Positions 43,115 through 57,845 of a stretch of DNA of 64,000 nucleotides are shown piece after piece (within the stretch, counting starts at the first letter, position 1; each line of letters begins with the position of its first letter). The stretch comes from Glaucostegus cemiculus. Lineage: Eukaryota. The notes below the pieces were generated by a model. It did no database searches. It had not been told where the DNA came from and saw only the letters and a program-made list of their open reading frames with translations. The stretch is from positions 22,382,001-22,446,000 of the forward strand of contig CDPCPM010000011.1 of assembly GCA_976551045.1 (NCBI GenBank), given 5' to 3'. A program made the position numbers and the translations under genes.

Positions 43115-43495
43115 GAATAGGTTAGGACTCTATTCCCTGGAGTGCAGGAGAATGAGAGGACATCTTCTTGAGGTATACAGAATTATGAGAGGTATAGCTT
43201 TCAGGCTTTCCCCCACTCCCCCCCCAAGGTTGGGTGAGACTAGACATAGGTTTAGGGTGAAAGATGAAATATTTAAGGGGAATCTGAGGGGGAACTACTT
43301 CACTCAGAGTGTGGAACGAGCTGCCAGCGGGAGTGGTGGATGCTGGTTCAATTGTAACATTTAAGGGAAGTTTAGATAGGTACATGGATGGGAGGGGATT
43401 GGAGGGATATGGTCCGGGTACTAGGCAGAAGATCAGGTCAGCATGGACTAGATGGGCTGAAGGGCCTGTTTCTGTGCTGTAGTGCTCTATGAATC
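43115..43495 (+). mobile_element. CR1-like LINE 3' end
   Basis: NRLGLYSLECRRMRGHLLEVYRIMRG. Confidence 0.85.
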
Positions 43496-44971
43496 GATGC
43501 TGGAACCTGGAGCAACTCACAAACCGCTGGAGGAACTCAGCAGGTCAGGCAGAATCTACGGAGGGAAGTGGTCAACGTTTCAGGTCAAGATCCTTCAAGA
43601 AGATAGTGTTCCTTGTGCTATTAGCCTGGAGACTCCCACCTCCAACAGAAGATATGGAGCGGGATGTGTAGGAGAGGAACCAGTGTGAAAGGATAGCTCA
43701 GGCAACGTTCACGTTCTGAGACTTGGTGGTCGCGGTGCAGGGGACCCAGTGGAGGAGGGATCTCCTGTGCAGACGTTGGGAATCCACCTCACCCTTTGAG
43801 TCCTTTTCCCCTCCAGCAGCCGGTTTCATCTCCTCCTGTGGACCGAGGAGGAGACCCTTCAAATGTCCCCTTTCCCCTGGTCAGAGATCCAATAAGACAG
43901 AGGAGCACATCACTCACTGTTGTTACCAGAAATCCTGAGCATTTCCTAGAATAAACTTTGGTTGCATTGGTGAAGTCTTGACAAAGTCTCCTGATGTGCT
44001 TCAAGAGTCCTCCTCAAACCTTTGAGGATGAGAACAAAAAGAGACAAGGACACAGAGGTTGCTCCACACCATTCGTTTCGGCATCAGTGCCCTGCTGTGG
44101 GTCATCCCAATGCTTGTGAAAGTCACGTAAAGAGCGACGATTTGAATTAGCGTTGCCAGAAGAGGTTAGTCGGACTTCCCTATGTAACTCCCTGCTGGAG
44201 CTGACGTCGCTATTTCCCATCGACTGTTGCAAGTTGTTCCAGCTGTTGGCCTGTGGCACTGCAGATGGGACCTTTACAGCCGCCTCTTTGAAGGGATAAA
44301 ACGTCATACAAACAACATTCCTCCAGCCACAGGGGAGCGTTGTTACTAAGTAAATGGATGCGGCGATGGAAAGGAAGTGGTATCAGAGGATCCCACACTG
44401 GCTGGTGAAGAACAGTACGCACAGGGGGCATGTTCTTTGTGACAGGGCACCACAGACGCCCTTGAAGGCCACAGACAAGTGTTCCTGGTTAGGAGTTTCC
44501 AGGGAGATCTCTGCCAGGACATGCATGCACACTCTGAATGCCTCCACGTCAGGGGAATGTTCCTCCACTGCATTACTGTCGTTGTCATTCGGTGGAGTTT
44601 TATGCCTGAAGAAAGGTGTTGCGGAGAACAAGAACCCGACTGAAAAACAAGGACACCAGCTTCCAGCTGGCTGCTAAGACAACAGAAATGGGAACGGAAT
44701 TGTCGACTCCAAGTTAACCCAGTCTTCGACAGCGCTGGAGTTGTGTGAACACATTTCTAGGCGGATAGCTTTACACAGGATTCAAGACTGTTTGCAATAA
44801 CTAGGTTCTCACGCTGGCTACTATTAGGATAGGGCATTGGGTCAAATGTCAGCCCAGAATTTTGTGCAGCCTCTTCAATGAGCACGACCAAGCATTAAAG
44901 TTGTCTTCTGTCTTAAATAAAACCAATATTTCAGCTTTACAGCCGCTCAGAACCACTTATGGAGCTTTTTA

Positions 44972-45454
<483 letters not shown>

Positions 45455-46064
45455 TCAGATGGCTACTGAAGACCTCCTGGTAATAACTTGAAGAAGAATG
45501 GTGAAGTTATGTCAGCATCCTCAAAAGAAATTATCTTGTCACAATCACACCGCTGTTTGTGGCACCTATTGACTCATGAGTTTCCTATATTACAATAGTG
45601 GATACATTTGAAAAATATTTCATCAACCCAAAGTTGCCTTAGGACTTTCAAAGCTAGTGAAAGGTGCATTATATACTTGTTTTTTTTTAGTGTGCTTCTC
45701 TTCCCTGGTTTGTGCTTAATTCAATCCATTGAATTTCTGTCTTTCCTTTATGAATTTATATCCAAATTGATACACTGAAAGTGACCATTCGGACTGTCTT
45801 GGCTGTGACTATTCTTTGGAAGAGCAATCCAACTTGTCCCATCTCCCGTCTGAGACCTGAACTGTTAATTGTTTCTCTTTCCACAGGTACTGTCGGATCT
45901 GAGGACTGTTTCTGTTTTTATGTCTCATTTTTCCCAGTTTTTTGCATTCAGTTCTGCAAAGTTCAGTTTCTCGTGTACATAGTGAGCACACGGCTGATGT
46001 CCATAGTTTCTGTCCTATTCAAATTAGTATCCACTCCGAGGCCAATTTAAGATAAGAGATAAGA

Positions 46065-46630
46065 AAAGGTATCTTTATTAGTCACTTGTACATCGAAATT
46101 ATCTACGCTATTTTTGGGCGGCATGATAGCGTAGCGGTTAGCGCGACGCTGTTACAGCGTCAGCGATCGGGGTTCGATTCCCATCGCTGACCGTAAGGAG
46201 TTTGTACGTTCTCCCGTGTCTGCGTGGGTTTCCTCCGGGTGCTCCGGTTTCCTCCCACATTCTAAAAAGACGTACGGGTGGGTTAATTTGGGGGTTTAAA
46301 ATGGGCGGCGCGGGCTCGTTGGGCCGAAAGGGCCTGTTACCACGCTGTAAGTAAATAAAAATAAAGAAACACACAGTGAAATGCACCTTTAGCATAGAGT
46401 GTTCTGCAGGCAGCCCGCAAGTGTCACCATGCTTCCAGCGCCAACACAACATGCCCACAGTTCCTAACCCGTACGTCTTTGGAATGTGGGAGGAAACCGG
46501 AGCACCCAGAGGAAACCCACGCAGACACGGGGAGAACGTACAAACTCCATACAGACAGTGGCCAGAATTGAACCCGGGTCGCTGGCGCTGTAATAGCGTT
46601 ATGCTAACCGCAATGCTACGGTGCCTGCCC
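46065..46630. mobile_element. V-SINE type A (+, 46116-46362) nested in tail of V-SINE type B (-)
   Basis: Type B tail split at GTACATCGAAA (to 46098) and GAAACACACAGTG (from 46366). Confidence 0.85.
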
Positions 46631-47089
46631 AAGGGGAGGTTATATGCTGTGGAACTGATTGAGACAGCTCAACTCATTTCCCAGAACCCTAACACCCAGC
46701 TGGAGGGAGGGACTGTTGTTGCGTCCATTTGGACTGGATTTAACCCTTATTCAGAAAGGTGAAAATTCATTGTCTAATGAGTTGCACCACTCACTGCACT
46801 AACCACCTTCATTGTGATACAAGAGCACAAATGAAATAAGTCAGAGAGGCAAAGACTAAAGTTTAAGATTCAATTTACTCTTCAAACAGGGTCTAGTTGA
46901 ACAGCAACTCAACACAAATGGAACTCATGAAAGAAACTATAGCAACAGCTCCCACCAAAGGCAGCAAAATTCTAACGAAGAGCGATTTCAAGGAATGGCA
47001 ACACAATATAAATTTTCGGTATAAGGTTAATCACAGTCATTTGTCAGCAGTGATTTCTGGGGGAATTACTGTGCTGAGGTAAGACATCA

Positions 47090-47344
<255 letters not shown>

Positions 47345-47458
47345 CTAAAGAGGAGCCATAAACAAAAAGAGAAAAGTTTTCTTCTTTAAATTTTGGGGGG
47401 AAAGAAAAAAATTTCAATAACCTTTTTTGAATTTGACAGAGGGAGATTAAATACTCAC

Positions 47459-47524
47459 TCTTAATGCTCTTTTGAGGAGAAATCGTGCGAGGGCACTGTC
47501 GTGGTAGGGCTCGAACTTGACTGC
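47459..47524 (-). CDS. PIK3CG: p110gamma exon 3 (AVKFEPYHDSALARFLLKRALR)
   Basis: tttcag|GCAGTC...TTAAGA|gtgagt; 66 nt. Confidence 0.97.
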
Positions 47525-48464
47525 CTGAAATTAGATTTAAGTGACGTTTGGAAACGAGCAGATGTCCCTCAGTTAGGGCTCCACAACAAAAACAACAACG
47601 TGCATTTATGTAGTTCCAATAATCCAGTAAAATTACTGGACTGTGGTCAACGTGTGATGCCAAGTTACGTGATAGGACGGGTGGCCAAAAGCTTGATTAA
47701 AGGATGGATTTTAAGCAGGAGGAGGAGGAGGGAAGAGGGGTTGAAGAGGCAGAGATGTTTGAAGAGTGAATTTCAGATTCCCACTGGCCAGTGGGAAGGA
47801 AGGCAACCGACAACAGGCAGGGCAACTGATGCACCAGAGGCCAGCTCCCAGGGAGCTGCTGAGCTGCAAGAGATTGCTGACGTTAGAGGGGGGCAAGAGC
47901 AGGGAGGGATTTTCCTATCCTGTCTGGCTACTAGATGGTTGCTAACTTGGTGCTCTTGTTTATAAATGGCAGAAGGATAAATAAGTAATCACAAATCAGT
48001 TACCCTAATGTCAGTGCTGGGCAAATTATTAGAAAAAAAATATTTCCAGTGTCCGTACAAATTTTCACTTGGAAAGCCAGATTAATCAAGGACGGCTGAC
48101 AAGGATTTGCTGTGAGGAGACAGTGTCTCACTTGATTGAATTCTTCTAAAGTGGTACCAAGAAGGATGAACAAGGATTGCAAATCTGAATTTTAGTGAAG
48201 TGCTTGACCAAGTTTCACATCATGAATTGATCAGAAAAGTGTCATGAAGAATAGTGAAGTGCCGCTGTGGTAGAAAGCAATGGTTAGTGGTCATCAGTGG
48301 TTTTGTGACTGGATTCAGCTGTAGGCAGAATATTAGACCCTGTGCTTTTCATGGTTTGTATTAATGGTTAAGACATGGATAAGAAGTTTGCAAGTGATGT
48401 TAGAAACATGATCGAAAGTGAAGATGTGAGCTGTGTACTGCAAAATATAGACAGTCTGGTCCAC

Positions 48465-49135
48465 AGATAGAACATAGAACATAGATACCTACAGCACAAT
48501 TCAGGCCCTTCGGCCCACAAAGCTGTGCCGAACATGTCCCCACACTATTAGGCTTACCCATAACCTTCTATCTTATTTACCTCCATGTACCTATCCAACA
48601 GTCTCTTAAAAGACCCTAACGTATCTGCCTCCACCACCATCTCCGGCAGCCCATTCCACGGACTCACCACTCTGAGTAAAAAACTTACCCCTAACATCTC
48701 CCCTATATCTTCCCCCCAGCACCTCTGGTGGCCACCATTTCAGCCCTGGGGAAAAGCCTCCGACTATCTACCCTATCCACACCTCTCATCATCTTATACA
48801 CCTCAATCAGGTCCCCCTTCATCCTCCTTCTCTCTAAGGAGAAAAGGCCGAGCTCCCGCAACCTGCTCTCATAAGGCATGCTCCTCATTCCAGGCAGCAT
48901 CCTCGTAAACCTCCTCTGCACCCTCTCTATAGCTTCCACATCCTTCCTGTAGTGAGGCGACCAGAACGGAACACAATACTCCAGGTGGGGTCTGACCAGG
49001 GACCTATACAACTGAAGCATTACCTCCCTACTCCTAAATTCAATCCCCCGACCGATGAAGGACAATACACCATACGCCTTCCTAACCACAGAGTCAACCT
49101 GCGCAGCCGCCTTGAGCGTCCTATGGATTCGGACC
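48465..49135 (-). mobile_element. Young CR1-like LINE 3' fragment inserted in an older plus-strand CR1 (about 47990-48460 and 49140-49330)
   Basis: LYRSLVRPHLEYCVPFWSPHYRKDVEAIERVQRRFTRMLPG. Confidence 0.88.
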
Positions 49136-49814
49136 CAGATATGGACTTCAGTCCGGAGAATTAAGGGGTCGTGCATTTGGGGAGGACAAGCAAGGCAAGA
49201 GAATACACAAAAAAATTGGGAAATGTTGAGGGACCGAGTGACTGACATGTACACTGATCCCTGAGAGCAGCACTGCAGGGAGATAAAGTGGTTAAGAAGG
49301 TACATTGGATACTTAAGTTCGACCTCTCAGTCAATAAAGACAAGGGGTACGATGCTAGGATTTTACAGGCTGTTCAATCCTGGGTTTCTCACTTTAAAGC
49401 AGTTCTGCCCCACCGTGAGCTTGGAAGCTTAGTAGATTTTATACCTAGATGGCTTACAAAAGGAATTTCTGAGGGAGATGACACAAGAAATAGTTGGCAT
49501 TAAAAAGTAGTTAAAATGTGGACTATGGCTCCTATCTGGTGAACAGGCTGGGCTGATAGAACACCAGGAGCCTTGTGAGTAATGCGCGTTCTAAAGTCAG
49601 GCATGACTTTGTTTCTAGAGAGGGCTATGGGTAAACCTAGTAATTTCTAGGGTAGGGACATGTTCGGCACAGCTTTGTGGGCCAAAGGGCCTGAATTGTG
49701 CTGTAGGTGTTCTATGTTTCTATGAATTTAAAGTTGGAAGGGGACCACCGTGTGTCGGGTGTTGGCTGTTCTCAATTGTCCAACTTTTGTTGATGGAAGG
49801 GATATTTGAATATT

Positions 49815-50395
49815 GATATAGAACATAGAAAAACTACAGCACAATTCAGGCCCTTCAGCCCACAAAGCTGTGCTGAACATGTCCCTACACTAGAAATTAC
49901 TGGGCATTCCCATAGCCCTCTATTTTACCTAGCTCCATGTACCTATCTAACAGTCTCTTGAAAGACCCTATCGTATCCGCCTCCACCACTGCTTCCGGCA
50001 GCCCATTCCACACACTCACCACTCTGAGTAAAAAACTTACCCCTGACATCTCCTCTATATCTACTCCCCAGCACCTTAAACCTAGGTCCTCTTGTGGCCA
50101 CCATTTCAGCCCTAGGGAAAAGCCTCTGACTATCTACCCAGTCAATACCTCTCATCATCTTATATACCTCTATCAGGTCCCCCCTCATTCTCCTTGGAGA
50201 GAAGGCAGAGTTCCTGCAACTTGCTCTCATAAGGCATGCTCCTCATTCCAGGCAGCATCCTCATAAACCTCCTCTGCACCCTCTCTATGGCTTCGACATC
50301 TTTCCTGCAGTGAGGCGACCAGAACTGAGCACAATACTCCAAGTGGGGTCTGACCAGGGACCTATACAACTGAAGCAGTACCTCTCGGCTCCTAT
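49815..50395 (-). mobile_element. CR1-like LINE 3' fragment, same subfamily as 48465-49135 and 13884-14130
   Basis: Shared tail TAGAACATAG..CTACAGCACAATTCAGGCCC and ORF2 C-terminus. Confidence 0.88.
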
Positions 50396-50986
50396 ATAAA
50401 AGGTCGGCATTGGCTGAAGTGCTTGATTGTGGAAATAAAGAGCAATTTTATAACCTGTAAGTGCTGATAAAGGTTAGGGATCTTGGTGCTGGGGAATCCA
50501 ATACTTCATATACTGGCTACACTTTGCCCAGTCTGTGCTCCATCTCACAGTGAGTTACAGGCCCAACATTCGAAGAGCCAGAATAGTGTACCAGCAACTC
50601 ATTGTTGCAATGCTGAGGTTGAAAATCCCCAGTAAATGCACACTGGTTGCTCAGGCGATGTATGAACTCCTTCCTTTGGAGACATCATCACATTCGGTAC
50701 TCGGAACTTAACTACAAACTGACAACGGTTGAGACTCAGAATGTCAAGCTGGCATTGGGTGTTCCTGAGGTGTATACCATGTACAGAGTGGTAATAGGTT
50801 TCAGGTACTGTTCAGCTAGGAGTGGTCTTTTATTTTAATTAGTTGTTGGATGTGGATGAGGCTGGGCTAGGATTTAATGCCCATCTCTAGGTCTGGGTGC
50901 TGAATTAGCCCCGTGATATTGGGCAGGGAGTTGGATTCAGCAACAGTGCCTGAACTGAGGTACATTTCAGGGGTGGATCAGATAGT

Positions 50987-51089
50987 GTTACAGTGAGGGG
51001 TGTGGAGTGTGTCAGAGCGTTACAGTGAGGGGTGTGGAGTGTGTCAGAGTGTTACAGTGAGGGGTGTGGGGTGTGTCGTGTTACAGTGA
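50987..51089. repeat. 32-bp minisatellite, about 3.3 copies
   Basis: GTTACAGTGAGGGGTGTGGAGTGTGTCAGAG(C/T) at 50987, 51019, 51051. Confidence 0.9.
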
Positions 51090-51605
51090 TGCCACAGCCA
51101 AGAAAGCTCACCAGCGCCTCTACTTCCTCAGGAGGCTCAAGAAATTTGGTTTGTCCCCTTTGACTCTCACAAACTTTTACAGATGCACCATAGAAAGTAT
51201 CCTACCTGGATGTATCACGGCTTGGTATGGCAACTGCTCTGCCCAGGACCACAAGAAGCTGCAGAGAGTTGTGGACACAGCCCAGCGCATCACGGAAACC
51301 AGCCTCCCCTCCTTGGACTCTCACTGCCTTGGTGAAGCAGCCAGCAAAATCAAAGACCCCACCCACCTGGGTCATTCTCTCTTCTCTCCTCTTCCATCAG
51401 GTAGAAGATACAGGTGCCTGAGGGCACGTACCACCAGACTTAAGGGCAGCTTCTTCCCCACTGTTGATAGGACTATTGAACGGTTCCCTTATACAATGAG
51501 ATGGACTCTGACTTCACGATCTACCTTGTTGTGACCTTGCACCTTATTGCACTGCACTTTCTCTGTAGCCGCAAGACTTTACTCTGTAATGTTATTATTT
51601 TTACC
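51090..51605 (+). mobile_element. Rex1-like LINE 3' fragment
   Basis: KKAHQRLYFLRRLKKFGLSP.TLTNFYRCTIES; flanked by TGTTACAGTGA at 51079 and 51606. Confidence 0.88.
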
Positions 51606-52144
51606 TGTTACAGTGAGGGGTGTGAGATACATATCACTTGTTCCATTTACCAATATTATTGCTTCATCACACCCTGAGAGCGGGACTAATCAGATTCACT
51701 TCATTTGGAACGCGAAGCTTCCTCCACAAGGTGGGAATTGTTAAGATGCGTCTACCCATTGTAATTTTCTTCTGTTTGGCTCCTGTTTTACTCCTGCCCT
51801 CTCTCGATCTGTATCCCCTGCCGTAGCCACCAGTGAACCAACTGTTTGGCACGTTTACCATGGTGTGGTGTAGGATGACAGCTCAGACCATTCCCTGGAG
51901 GGTGGCGCCAGCCTCAAGCCCATTCCAGACTCAGCTCCCATTCTGCAGACCTCGAGAACAAGGAAGCCCAGTTGGCCTCCATGTCAGTGCCCCTGGACGA
52001 TACACGTACACTGCCTGATGGGTGCTGGGTTGTCAAGGGATGGTTTGTCAACCCTCCAACCCTCTGGCCTGCACTGTTTACTGCTACACCAACCACTCAC
52101 GTTGGAACTCCTCTTTAAGCACACTCACGTATAATGGCGGATTA

Positions 52145-54202
<2,058 letters not shown>

Positions 54203-54234
54203 TTATTCAGCCGCTCCTGTTGAGATTTAAATTT

Positions 54235-54476
54235 AAATTTTATTTACAGCGTGGCAACAGACCCTTTTGGCCCAACGAGTCCGCGCCGCCCATTTGAAAC
54301 CCCCAAATTAACCTACCCGTACGTCTTTAGAATGTGGGAGGAAACCGGAGCACCCGGAGGAAACCCACGCTGACACGGGAGAATGTACAAACTCCTTACA
54401 GTCAGTGATGGGAATCGAACCCCGATCGCTGGTGCCGTAACAGCGTCGCGCTAATCGCTACGCTATCGTGCCGCCC
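54235..54476 (-). mobile_element. V-SINE type A, about 55 nt upstream of the exon 2 acceptor
   Basis: Full-length copy. Confidence 0.88.
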
Positions 54477-54719
54477 ACCATACTGATGCAGTGTGGTAGA
54501 GACCAGCGCACTCTGCTTCAAAGTGTTTTCATTTTCAAACTTCTTTTCCCCTCTGTCCTTCGTGGAAGAGGCTAGCCAATCCTAGGGTACAGTTTCAAGG
54601 CTATTAATTATTGCAAGAAACTAATTTTCGTTTTATACTGTAAACTTTCATTCAGTGGGACTGCTCTTATCTCTGAATCAGAAGTTGTAAGTTCACAGTT
54701 CTTGTGGTAAATCATATTA

Positions 54720-55250
54720 TTATTGTCTCGTGTACTGAGGTGCAGTGAAAAACATCGTTTTGCATGCCGTCCATACAGATCATTTCATCACATCAGTACA
54801 TCGAGGTTGTACAGGGGAAATCAAAGCAGAGTGCAGAATAAAATATAGCAGTTACAGAGAAAGTGCAGTGCAAGTAGACAATAAGATGCAACGTCTTAAC
54901 CAGGTAGATTGTGAGGTCAAGAGTCCATCTTATTGTACTAGGGGACTGTTTAATAGTCTTAACACAGCAGGATAGAAGCTGTCCTTGAGCCTGGCGGTAC
55001 GTGCTTTCAGGCTTTTGTATCTTCTGCCTGATGGGAGGGGGGAGAAGGGAGAATGTCTGGGGTGGGTGGGGTCTTTGATTATGTCGGCTGCTTTACCGAG
55101 GCAGCGGGAAGTATAGACAGAGTCCTTGGAGGGGAGGCTGGTGTCCGTGATGTGCTGAGCTGTGTCCACAACTCTCTGCAGTTGCTTGCAAGTTCAGTCA
55201 GAGCAGTTGCCGTACCAAGCTGTGATGCATCAGATAGGGTGCTTTCTATG
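54720..55250 (-). mobile_element. Rex1-like LINE 3' fragment
   Basis: DTAQHITDTSLPS...PLPSGRRYKSLKARTARLKDSFYP. Confidence 0.85.
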
Positions 55251-55699
55251 GAGAGAGAGTTGATGGGTAAATTGCCCCCTAGGGAATAGGTAGGTGGTAG
55301 AATTTTGCGGGGGTGGGGGTGGTGTTGATGAGGCTGTGGGGAGAACATAGCAGTGGGATCCTGTGCCCGTGTGGGTTTCCTCTGGGTGCTCTGGTTTCCT
55401 CCCACATCTCAGAAACACGCGAGTCGGTAGGTTAATTGACAGCTGCAAATTGCCCGTAGTGCGAAGGTGAGGGATAGAATCTGGGGGAAGGTGATGAGAA
55501 TGTGGGGAGAACAAAAATGGGATCGGTGTAAATGTGGGGTTGATGATCAGTATGTCCTTGATGGGCCGAAGGGCCTGTTTCCATGCTGCAAATCTCTATG
55601 ATCAGTGTCGGGTTAGTGTAAGCAGGTGCTTGATAGTCAGTGTGGAATTGGTGGGCCAAAGTGTCTATCGTCGAGCTGTATGATTCTTTGACAGGACCG

Positions 55700-55880
55700 T
55701 AGTCTGTGTTGACACTCCAGTGCAACGCTGAGGGACTGCCCTCTAGGTGAAGGTGCCACCTTCAAATGCATCGCTGCACTGAGAGCTTGTCTACACCCTC
55801 AGTGGCAATAAAAAATTCCACGGCACTGTTGAAGAAATGGCTGCCAGGTACTGGGCGTTATCACATCTGTGGCACTCAGC
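55700..55880 (+). mobile_element. Ancient Deu-domain SINE remnant; related remnants at 14590-14750 and 60670-60900 (-)
   Basis: CACTCCAGTGCAACGCTGAGGGACTGCC...GGTGCCACCTTC resembles the Deu-domain core. Confidence 0.5.
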
Positions 55881-55974
55881 CAGGTTTCCTACAATACATC
55901 AGTGGCTCACATTGGGTCCTTCCGTAGTGTGCCAAAACTTACACTCGATCTATTAACTGTACGGGGATAAGATA

Positions 55975-56775
55975 AAGTCACAGGGTCGCACAGCACAGAA
56001 ACAGGCCATTCGGCCCATCCTGTCCGTGACAACCCTTTTGTCCACCTACACCAGTCCCATTTGCCTGCATTAGGTCTGTATGCTTCCATGTCTGGCCTGT
56101 TTCAGTATCTGTCTCAATGCCTCTTAAACTGAATGCATCACCTCCACTGGCAGCTCGTTCCACATGTCAACCCCCCTCCCTGTAAAAGACTTTCCCCTCA
56201 GATCCACTTTAAAACCCCTTCCTCTCACCTTAAACCTGTGGCCTCTTGTTTTTGACACCTCTACCATGAAAAAAAACGACTTTGACTGGCTACCCTATCT
56301 ATGCCTCTCATAATCAAGAGGTCTCCGGTTAGGGCGGCACGATAGCGTAGCGGTTAGTGCGATGCTGTTACAGCGCCAGAGATCGGGGTTCGATTCCCAT
56401 CGCTGACAGTAAGGAGTCTGTACGTTCTCCCCGTGTCTGCGTGGGTTTCCTCTGGGTGCTCCGGTTTCCTCCCACATTCTAAAGACGTACGGGTAGGGCG
56501 TTTAAAATGGGCGGCGCGGACTCGTTGGGCCGTAAAGGCCTGTTACCACGCTGTAAATAAAATATTTAAAAAAAATGTAATCCTATACACCTCTGTCAGG
56601 TCACCTCTCAGCCTCCTTCACTCCAGAGAAAACAAGCCCAGCCTGTCCGATCTCTCCCCAGAACTTGAGTCCTCCAACCCTGGCAACATCCCAGTGAATC
56701 TCCCTCTGCACTCTCCCCGGCGCAACCACATCCTTCCTATAGTGTGGTGACCAGAACGGCACACAGTGCTCCAGA
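55975..56775 (-). mobile_element. CR1-like 3' fragment split by V-SINE type A (+, 56331-56562)
   Basis: LEHCVPFWSPHYRKDV; SINE interrupts the YKIMRG region. Confidence 0.85.
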
Positions 56776-56899
56776 TAGCTTCTCTTCACAAGATCACAAG
56801 ACAAGGGAGCAGAAGTAGGCCATTCGGCCCATCGAGTCTGCTCCATGAGCTAAAGAAAAAGAGAAAAAGAAAATGAAAAAGAGAAAGAAAAAAAGGAAT

Positions 56900-57410
56900 T
56901 CTGTTGGCGACGCTCCATGGACTAAGTCACAACTTGGCTTTGGTCCAGGCACTTTTCAATCTATTATTTACTACCCTTTAATAAGTCTTTTATAATACTA
57001 ACACGTTTAATTTTGATCTTTAACTGTTAAAATGAACACCAGATCTAAAGCCTCTGCTAATGGTAAAGGTAATGGAGACCAACCTACTTTGGAAGCTGTT
57101 TCTAATCTGGAGAGAAAGTTTGATCGGAGCTTTGCTGAATTGAAGTCCATTTTAAGAGATTTTGAAGACAAATGAAATACTCTTATCCAGGAAAGTGCTA
57201 AATAAATGCAACTAATTGCTGAATTTGCTCAAGCTGGTAAAGAGAGAGATGCTAAACTTCATTCACTTGAAAAAGCCTTAATTACAACCAAGCAAAGCCT
57301 GGAAAAGCGACAGCAGAGGATCATCGACCTGGAAGGACGCAGCAGGAGGAAAAATTTAAGGATCAGCAATTATCCTGAGAATGCCAAGACTGGTAACCCT
57401 ATGGAGAAAG
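56900..57410 (+). mobile_element. L1-clade 5' UTR/ORF1 fragment
   Basis: MNTRSK... from about 57031, in-frame stops, then coiled coil and IIDLEGRSRRKNLRI, the L1 ORF1p signature. Confidence 0.75.
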
Positions 57411-57424
57411 GAAAAAAAAAGATT

Positions 57425-57845
57425 CCTTTCTAGCTCCAATTTCTGGCCTTAACCCCATATCCCTTGATACCTTGACTAATTAGATACCTATCAATCTCCT
57501 CCTTAAACACCTCCAATGATCTGGCCTCCACTGCTGTACATGGCAAGGAATTCCATAAATTCACCACCCTCTGGCTAAAGAAATTTCTCCTCATCTCTGT
57601 TTTAAACCGGTACCCTCTAATTCTAAGACTGTGCCCTCTGGCCCTGGACTCCCCCACCAAGGAGAACAGCTTAACCACATCTACTCTGTCCAGTCCTTTC
57701 AACATTCGAAATGTTTCTATGAGGTCCCCTCTCATTCTCCCGTACTCCAGCGAGTACAGTCCAAGAGCCGACAAACGCTTGTCGTATGTAAGCCCTTTCA
57801 TCCCGGGAATCATCCTCGTAAATCTCCTCCGAACCTTCTCCAACG
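57425..57845 (-). mobile_element. CR1-like LINE 3' fragment (tail resumes at 56785-56852)
   Basis: RRFTRMIPGMKGLTYDKRLSALGLYSLE...RNFFSQRVVNLWNSLP. Confidence 0.9.

Noticed and set aside
50987-51089. 32-bp periodic repeat as a CRISPR-like array
   Set aside because: Head-to-tail units without spacers, in a eukaryotic intron
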